Below, piece by piece: positions 58,436-64,000 of a stretch of 64,000 nucleotides of DNA; position 1 is the first letter of the stretch; every line of letters starts with the position of its first letter. Source of the stretch: an uncultured Gemmatimonadales bacterium (lineage in GTDB: Bacteria; Gemmatimonadota; Gemmatimonadetes; Longimicrobiales; Longimicrobiaceae); the NCBI GenBank assembly GCA_963716255.1, contig OY970303.1, forward strand, positions 1 through 64,000, given 5' to 3'. The notes below the pieces were generated by a model. It ran no database searches and was not told the DNA's origin. It was given only the letters and a program-made list of their open reading frames with translations. Both the position numbers and the translations under genes were made by a program.

Positions 58436-59284
58436 TCAAAGGATGCCGTTGTCGATGAGCCGGGTGCTCCCGACCCGGCCGGCCACGGCGCAAACCATGC
58501 CGGGAAATACATGCTCCACGGGCGCCAGCGTGGCCGGGTCCACGATCTCGGCGTACTCCACCCGGACTCCCGGTACGGCGAGCGCGCTGCGCGCGGCGTC
58601 GCGAAGGACGCCGCCGTCCGTCTCCCCGGAGGCGAAGAGCGCCCGGACCGCCTCCACCGCGCGGGGCAGGGCGAGCGCCCGCGCCCGCTCCTCGGGCGAC
58701 AGGTAGACGTTGCGGGAGCTCATCGCCAGCCCGTCCGGCTCCCGGACGATGGGCGCCACGTCCACCTCCAGGGGCATGTCCAGGTCCGCCACCATGCGGC
58801 GGACGAGGAGCGCCTGCTGCAGGTCCTTCTGCCCGAAAACCGCCACGTCCGGCGTGAACACGCCGAACAGCTTGGCGACCACCGTGAGCACGCCGCGGAA
58901 GTGCCCGGGGCGCGCCGCCCCGCAGAGCCGGTCCTCCAGCGACGGGTCGGCGACCACGGAAACCCGCGGCTCGCCGCCCGGGTACATCTCCGCCGCGGAC
59001 GGCGCGAAGACCAGGTCCACCCCGCGCTCCTCCGCCAGCCCCAGGTCGCGCTCCAGGTCGCGCGGGTAGCGGTCCAGGTCCTCCGCCGGGCCGAACTGGA
59101 GCGGGTTGACGAAGATGGAGAGCGCCACGCACCCGGCGCGCGCCCGCGCCCGGTCCACCAGAGACAGGTGCCCCTCGTGCAGGTAGCCCATGGTGGGCAC
59201 CAGCGCGACACGGTGCCCCTCCTCCCGGGCCGCGGCGGTCGCGGCGCGCACCTCGGCCCTGGTGCGGACGACCCGCATGGTCAT
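58436..59284 (-). CDS. panC: Pantoate-beta-alanine ligase
   Basis: [43 protein letters not shown]. Confidence 0.97.
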   Translation of the reverse strand: MTMRVVRTRAEVRAATAAAREEGHRVALVPTMGYLHEGHLSLVDRARARAGCVALSIFVNPLQFGPAEDLDRYPRDLERDLGLAEERGVDLVFAPSAAEMYPGGEPRVSVVADPSLEDRLCGAARPGHFRGVLTVVAKLFGVFTPDVAVFGQKDLQQALLVRRMVADLDMPLEVDVAPIVREPDGLAMSSRNVYLSPEERARALALPRAVEAVRALFASGETDGGVLRDAARSALAVPGVRVEYAEIVDPATLAPVEHVFPGMVCAVAGRVGSTRLIDNGIL

Positions 59285-60105
59285 TCGAAGGTGTGCTCGG
59301 CGGCTGGATACTCGCCCGACCGGACGGCTTCGACGTAGCCGCCGACGGCCGCGCGCGTGGCCTCGCCCAGCTCGCCGAAGCGGCGCAGGAAGCGCGGCGT
59401 GAACCCCTCGTTGAGCCCCAGCATGTCGTGGAGCACCAGCACCTGCCCGTCGCACCCGGCGCCCGCGCCGATCCCGATGGTGGGGATGGACAGCCCGGCC
59501 GTCACCGCCACGGCGAGGGGGCCGGGGACCAGCTCCAGCACCACGGAAAAGGCGCCCGCGTCCTCCACCGCCCGCGCCTCGGCCAGCAGCCGCTCGAGCC
59601 CGCCCTCCTCGCGCCCCTGCACCCGCGTCCCGATGGTGTTCACCGACTGCGGGGTGAACCCCAGGTGGGCCATGACGGGGATCCCCACCCGCACCAGGTC
59701 GCGGATGGTGTCCGCGATCTCCGGGGAGCCGCCCTCCAGCTTCACCGCGGCAGCGCCTGTCTCCTTGAGGACGCGTCCGGCGTTGCGGATGGCCTCTTCG
59801 CGCGAGACCTGGTAGGTGAGGAAGGGGAGATCCACCACCAGGAGCGCACGGCGCACGCCGCGGCGCACGGCGCGCGCGTGGTGGATCATGTCGTCCAGGG
59901 TCACCGGGAGAGTGGAGTCGTATCCCAGGACGACCTGCGCCAGCGAATCCCCCACCAGCACCACGTCCGTGCCCGCCTCGTCGACCAGCCGGGCGAAGAG
60001 GTAGTCGTACGCAGTGAGGGCGGCGATCTTCTCGCCACGCCGCTTCATCTCCCGGAGCGTCGTCGTGGTGACGCCCCGGCCCGAACCCGCGCTCTGAACG
60101 GACAT
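59281..60105 (-). CDS. panB: 3-methyl-2-oxobutanoate hydroxymethyltransferase
   Basis: [37 protein letters not shown]. Confidence 0.97.
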   Translation of the reverse strand: MSVQSAGSGRGVTTTTLREMKRRGEKIAALTAYDYLFARLVDEAGTDVVLVGDSLAQVVLGYDSTLPVTLDDMIHHARAVRRGVRRALLVVDLPFLTYQVSREEAIRNAGRVLKETGAAAVKLEGGSPEIADTIRDLVRVGIPVMAHLGFTPQSVNTIGTRVQGREEGGLERLLAEARAVEDAGAFSVVLELVPGPLAVAVTAGLSIPTIGIGAGAGCDGQVLVLHDMLGLNEGFTPRFLRRFGELGEATRAAVGGYVEAVRSGEYPAAEHTFE

Positions 60106-60205
60106 AAGCTCTCCGGCACCTGGAAATTGCGCCGTGACACACACGTCGCGCACCCGTCACGGCGCCGAGCTTCTCCGCTCCTCTCTGGCGGGTTGACCGC
60201 CCGAA

Positions 60206-60234
60206 AAGCTAATCCCATTTTGGGGGGGTGTCAA
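60206..60234 (-). promoter_or_regulatory. Sigma70-like promoter of the pan operon
   Basis: TTGACA-17 bp-TAGCTT, overlapping the start of the divergent gene. Confidence 0.55.
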
Positions 60235-61925
60235 ACCCGATCCGGTACGATCCCGTGCTCGTCCGTGCCCTGGCACGCGAGCTGGACGAGCGCCTCCGCG
60301 GCCGCCACGCGAGCCCGTCCCTCCTGTTCTCGCCGGACCTTTCCGCCACGCTGGTGCTGGACGGGCGGGAAGCGCTGCGCTTCGACCTGCATCCCGCCCG
60401 AGGCTGGGCGCGCATCGTCCCCGCCCCCGACGACGCCGACGACGAGCCGGACGCGCGCATCACCGGCGTGTCCGCCCCGCCGGACGAGCGCGTCCTGTTC
60501 ATCGGCCTCGCCGACCCGGCCTCCTTCGGGAGCTCGCGGCGGCGGATGGTCGTGGAGCTGCACACCAACCAGTGGAACGCGCTCCTCACCGCCGGCGAGG
60601 ACGAGCGCATCATCGCCGTGCTGCGCGGGCGCGACGCGGGGGAGCGGGCGCTCCGCATCGGGGCACGCTACCGCTCGCCGCCGCCCTCGCACCGCTTCGG
60701 CACCGGCGACGAGTCGCGCGAGGACGCCTGGGACGCGTGGCGCACGCTGATGGGCCGCGTCGCCCCGGCGGACCGCCCCACGGCCGCCGTGCGCAACTTC
60801 GCCTGGACGAGCCCGCTCACCGCCGGTCCCGTGCTGGACGGCGCGGCGCGCTCGGCGGACGAGGGGGAGCTGGAGGCGGCCTTCGGGCGGTGGTGGGCGC
60901 TGCGCACCGGCGCGGGGGCGGGCCCGGTGCTGCTGGAGCGGAAGCGCGGGGTGCAGCCCTTTCCCTTCGTCCTCCCGGGGATTCCCTCGCGCCCGGCGGC
61001 CTCGCTGCTGGCGGCGATGGACGCCGCCGCGGCGGAGGCGGCCGTGGAGCCGGCGGACGAGGGCCGCGACGCCGAGAAGCTGCTGCGCGGCGCCCGCCGG
61101 CGGCTGGCGTCGGCGGAGGGACGGGCGCGCAGCCTCTACCGCCAGCTGGAATCTGCGGGCGAGGCGGAGCGGATGCGACGCCTGGGCGACACGCTCCTGG
61201 CGCACCTCCACCTGGTGCCCCCCGGCGCGTCCGTCGCGCGGCTCCCGGACCTGGAGGACGGCCAGCGGGAGATCGAGGTGGAGCTGGATCCCACGCTGCG
61301 TCCCCACCAGAACGCGGAGGCGTGGTACGAGAAGGCGCGGCGGCTGGCGCGGGCGGAGGAGCGGCTCCCGGAGCTGATCGAGGCGGCGGAGGCGGAGGCG
61401 GCGCGCTGGCGGGCGGCGATCGAGGCTGCGGAGGCGGAGGGCGGCGCGCTCCCGGAGTGGGCGCTGCGGGCGCTGGAACGCCCCTCCGGCCGCCCCGCCC
61501 CCAGGGCCGACGAGGGGCCGCGCATGCCCTACAAGCTGTTCCGCACCTCGGGCGGGATCGAGGTGCGGGTGGGACGCAGCGCAAAGGACAACGACCTGCT
61601 CACCTTCGGGCACTCGGCGCCGGGGGACGTGTGGATGCACGCGCGCTCGGTCCCGGGGTCGCACGTGGTGCTGCGCTGGGCGGACCCGGCCGCCTCGCCT
61701 CCCGCGCGCGACCTGGAGGAGGCGGCGACGCTGGCGGCGCTGTACAGCAAGGCGCGCACGTCCGGCCTGGTGGCGGTGGACTGGACCCGCCGCAAGCACG
61801 TCCGCAAGCCGCGCGGCGCGCCGCCGGGGATGGTCAGGATCCAGCAGGTGAGGACGCTGTTCGTGGAGCCGGACCCGGCGGTGGAGGAGCGTCTGCGCGA
61901 CGACGCCCCTCCCCCGGCGGCCTGA
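60228..61925 (+). CDS. NFACT/RqcH (FbpA-like) protein
   Basis: PPDERVL, LDPTL.PHQNA..WYEKARR, VGRSAKDNDLLT, WMHARSVPGSHVVL, VRKPRGAPPG. Confidence 0.9.
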   Translation: MSNPIRYDPVLVRALARELDERLRGRHASPSLLFSPDLSATLVLDGREALRFDLHPARGWARIVPAPDDADDEPDARITGVSAPPDERVLFIGLADPASFGSSRRRMVVELHTNQWNALLTAGEDERIIAVLRGRDAGERALRIGARYRSPPPSHRFGTGDESREDAWDAWRTLMGRVAPADRPTAAVRNFAWTSPLTAGPVLDGAARSADEGELEAAFGRWWALRTGAGAGPVLLERKRGVQPFPFVLPGIPSRPAASLLAAMDAAAAEAAVEPADEGRDAEKLLRGARRRLASAEGRARSLYRQLESAGEAERMRRLGDTLLAHLHLVPPGASVARLPDLEDGQREIEVELDPTLRPHQNAEAWYEKARRLARAEERLPELIEAAEAEAARWRAAIEAAEAEGGALPEWALRALERPSGRPAPRADEGPRMPYKLFRTSGGIEVRVGRSAKDNDLLTFGHSAPGDVWMHARSVPGSHVVLRWADPAASPPARDLEEAATLAALYSKARTSGLVAVDWTRRKHVRKPRGAPPGMVRIQQVRTLFVEPDPAVEERLRDDAPPPAA

Positions 61926-61964
61926 GCGGACGTCCGTCCGCCCACAAACTTCAGAGGAGATCCC

Positions 61965-62399
61965 ATGAGCACAGCTTCACCCTCAGGCAGTAACGGCGCC
62001 GGACACGCCGGGGCGGATTCCTTTCGCGCCAGCGCCCTCGCGGCCTCGCTGACCGTCCGGGACCTCCAGGAGAGCCTGGCCTGGTACCGCGACGTCGTGG
62101 GCTTCGCCGTGGACCAGCAGTACGAGCGCGACGGCAAGGTGCTGTCGGTGGCGCTGAGGGCCGGGGACGTGCGGATCCTGCTCAACCAGGACGACGGGGC
62201 GAAGGGGCTGGACCGGATCAAGGGCGAGGGCTTCTCGCTGATGCTCACCACGGCCCAGGACGTGGACGGGATCGCGCGCGGAATCCGGGAGCGTGGCGGC
62301 ACCCTCGACACGGAGCCGGCGGACATGCCGTGGGGCGTACGCGCGTTCCGGCTGCGCGACCCGGACGGCTACAGGTTCGCGATCTCATCGGGGAAATAG
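61965..62399 (+). CDS. VOC/glyoxalase family protein
   Basis: LTVRDL.ESLAWYRDVVGF, MPWG.R.F..RDPDG; AGGAG RBS. Confidence 0.9.
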   Translation: MSTASPSGSNGAGHAGADSFRASALAASLTVRDLQESLAWYRDVVGFAVDQQYERDGKVLSVALRAGDVRILLNQDDGAKGLDRIKGEGFSLMLTTAQDVDGIARGIRERGGTLDTEPADMPWGVRAFRLRDPDGYRFAISSGK

Positions 62400-62522
62400 C
62401 CCGGCGACACCGTTCAAGTTGAAGCGTCCCGGCGCTTCCGCGCTACTCGAGGCACAACCCGCCGTATGCATGTGGCGGGATAGCTCCGACTCACTTCCAC
62501 GTGACAGGAAGAGCGGATTCCT

Positions 62523-62550
62523 GGCGATCACCCCCGCGAGGGTGATCGCC
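62523..62550. terminator. Hairpin downstream of the last gene
   Basis: ggcgatcaccc / gggtgatcgcc perfect 11-bp inverted repeat. Confidence 0.45.
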
Positions 62551-62559
62551 TGCCGATTT

Positions 62560-64000
62560 CTACTGTGCTGCTTCGGGAGTCGGCTGGCACTTCCACAGAT
62601 CGGCGGCGCAGATGGCCCGGGCCGCTGCACCCACGTACGCGGTGTCTCGGCTGCTTCGCATACGCAGAACTACGGGAAGCCACCGATCGCGAGATGCGAT
62701 AAGGGCGTCTCGCGTGACACGGAATTGCATCGCTGACCCATGCTGCGTACGAAGCTCGCTGAGCACCTCGGTCAGGGAATCGCGGAGCGCTTGGTTCGCA
62801 ACGGAGTTTCGCGAAACGCTCACCCGCAGCGCCATTCCCTCTGCGACCGCCTGTTTGAGCGACCTTTCGAGCGACTGCTTGGCCGTTCTCTCCGCCGCCA
62901 GTGCAGCGGCGAAGCTGGCCTCTCCTGCCACAAACGCCTGTGAGACCGAGTCTGCCCGCTTCACCGCGTTGGAGCTCTCGGCGACGAGGGTCCCCACGCG
63001 AGAAGCAACCCGGTTCAAGCTGTCATCCTTCTCACGGATCGCCAACTCAAGGTTGGCGCGAGTAGCTTCGGCCCGCGTCGTCCGCAACCTCATTTCCTGC
63101 ACCCGAGCATTCTTTTCCGCCTCGAACGCTTGCAGCCGCAGCAGAAGCGAAGCGACCGCTACGACCACAAGTACAAAGACGCCTCCCCAGACGAGAATCT
63201 GCCTGCGGTACCTGGCCCATCGCCGCTCCGCCTCACGTTCGGCTCGCCAGTCGCGGATACGAGGCACAAGGAATTCGCTTACGATCGTATAGAAGGGAAT
63301 CCCGCGTGGCTCTTCTCGACGGACGAGCCGCGTCTTGCGCCCGTCGAAGTCGGTAAGGATCTCCATGAGTTGTTCACGCGGAACCCCGGTCTCCTGCTGC
63401 ACGTCGTCAAGCAGCGACACCTCGGAGATAATGTTCCGCGTTCCGGAATCAGTGACCATTTGGGAGAGGAGAGCCACCCCTGCGTCGCGCAGTTCCGGTT
63501 TGTAGGCGCTGAGGGCGCCGTCCAGAAATCGCTCCAGGATCACCTGCACTCCCTTTTCCAGCAGCCCAACGCGGTCCGGCGACTCCCACAACTCGCGGCA
63601 GGCGATCTGCACTTCGGTGGGGACCATCTGTCCGGCCCCGATCCGGGTCCGGAACTCTTCTTCCAGGCGCGGGGCCAAGTCCTTCATCTTGCGGGCCACC
63701 TCTGCGCGCGGCTCGCCCGCGGCGGTGGTGCCCTCCGCCTCATGGAATGCGGCGAGCGGACCGTACATGATGGATGAAAGCTGGCCGACGTCCGGAGCGA
63801 CTACGCGGACGTCGTGGTCTCCAAGTTCGGGAACCCGCCCTATCAGCTTGGAGAGCTTGGCCAAGTAGTCCTCCCGGAACGAGAGGACGATCTTTACCGG
63901 GAGTGTGTGGTCCGTGAGCAGATCGACGATCGCGTCGAACACCCTCCGCTGCACGTCCAGCGAAGCTTGGCCGCTGCCTGACCGGGGCGATTCTTCGAAC
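62560..64000 (-). CDS. Partial protein, probable nSTAND-type NTPase C-terminal part + TM helix + coiled coil
   Basis: KIVLSFREDYLAKL, EVQIACRELW, LSQMVTDSGTR, RLVR..YTIVSEFLVP.I..W, then a hydrophobic helix and a coiled-coil-like tail. The N-terminus probably lies beyond the window. Confidence 0.6.
   Translation of the reverse strand, partial: FEESPRSGSGQASLDVQRRVFDAIVDLLTDHTLPVKIVLSFREDYLAKLSKLIGRVPELGDHDVRVVAPDVGQLSSIMYGPLAAFHEAEGTTAAGEPRAEVARKMKDLAPRLEEEFRTRIGAGQMVPTEVQIACRELWESPDRVGLLEKGVQVILERFLDGALSAYKPELRDAGVALLSQMVTDSGTRNIISEVSLLDDVQQETGVPREQLMEILTDFDGRKTRLVRREEPRGIPFYTIVSEFLVPRIRDWRAEREAERRWARYRRQILVWGGVFVLVVVAVASLLLRLQAFEAEKNARVQEMRLRTTRAEATRANLELAIREKDDSLNRVASRVGTLVAESSNAVKRADSVSQAFVAGEASFAAALAAERTAKQSLERSLKQAVAEGMALRVSVSRNSVANQALRDSLTEVLSELRTQHGSAMQFRVTRDALIASRDRWLPVVLRMRSSRDTAYVGAAARAICAADLWKCQPTPEAAQ

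Overview
GC-rich bacterial window; gene content and NRPS style suggest Gemmatimonadota (Longimicrobium-like), which is an inference. Bases 1-37.7 kb are a minus-strand lipopeptide biosynthetic cluster that runs off the left edge. It comprises a FAAL-ACP-KS-AT-(truncated DH)-ACP-C-A-T hybrid split by a 1-nt frameshift in a C7 run, a DUF5916-type outer-membrane protein, a two-module NRPS (C-A-T-C-A-T-E), a lipoprotein M1 peptidase, a VioC-like Fe/2OG dioxygenase, and a giant NRPS absent from the ORF track (C-A-T-E x3 + C...) with a 2.4 kb near-identical internal duplication. Bases 37.8-42.5 kb hold a PLP aminotransferase, a decayed C domain, IS remnants and an IS630 element, directly downstream of tRNA-Gly/tRNA-Cys, resembling an island edge. 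Bases 43-62.4 kb are core genes (recN, mgtE, ybeY, 7TM-HD, phoH, aspS, rlmN, panBCD, NFACT) with two copies of a structured ~130 bp intergenic repeat. The window ends in a probable STAND-type NTPase gene. Domain and substrate calls are from motifs read by eye; no searches were run.
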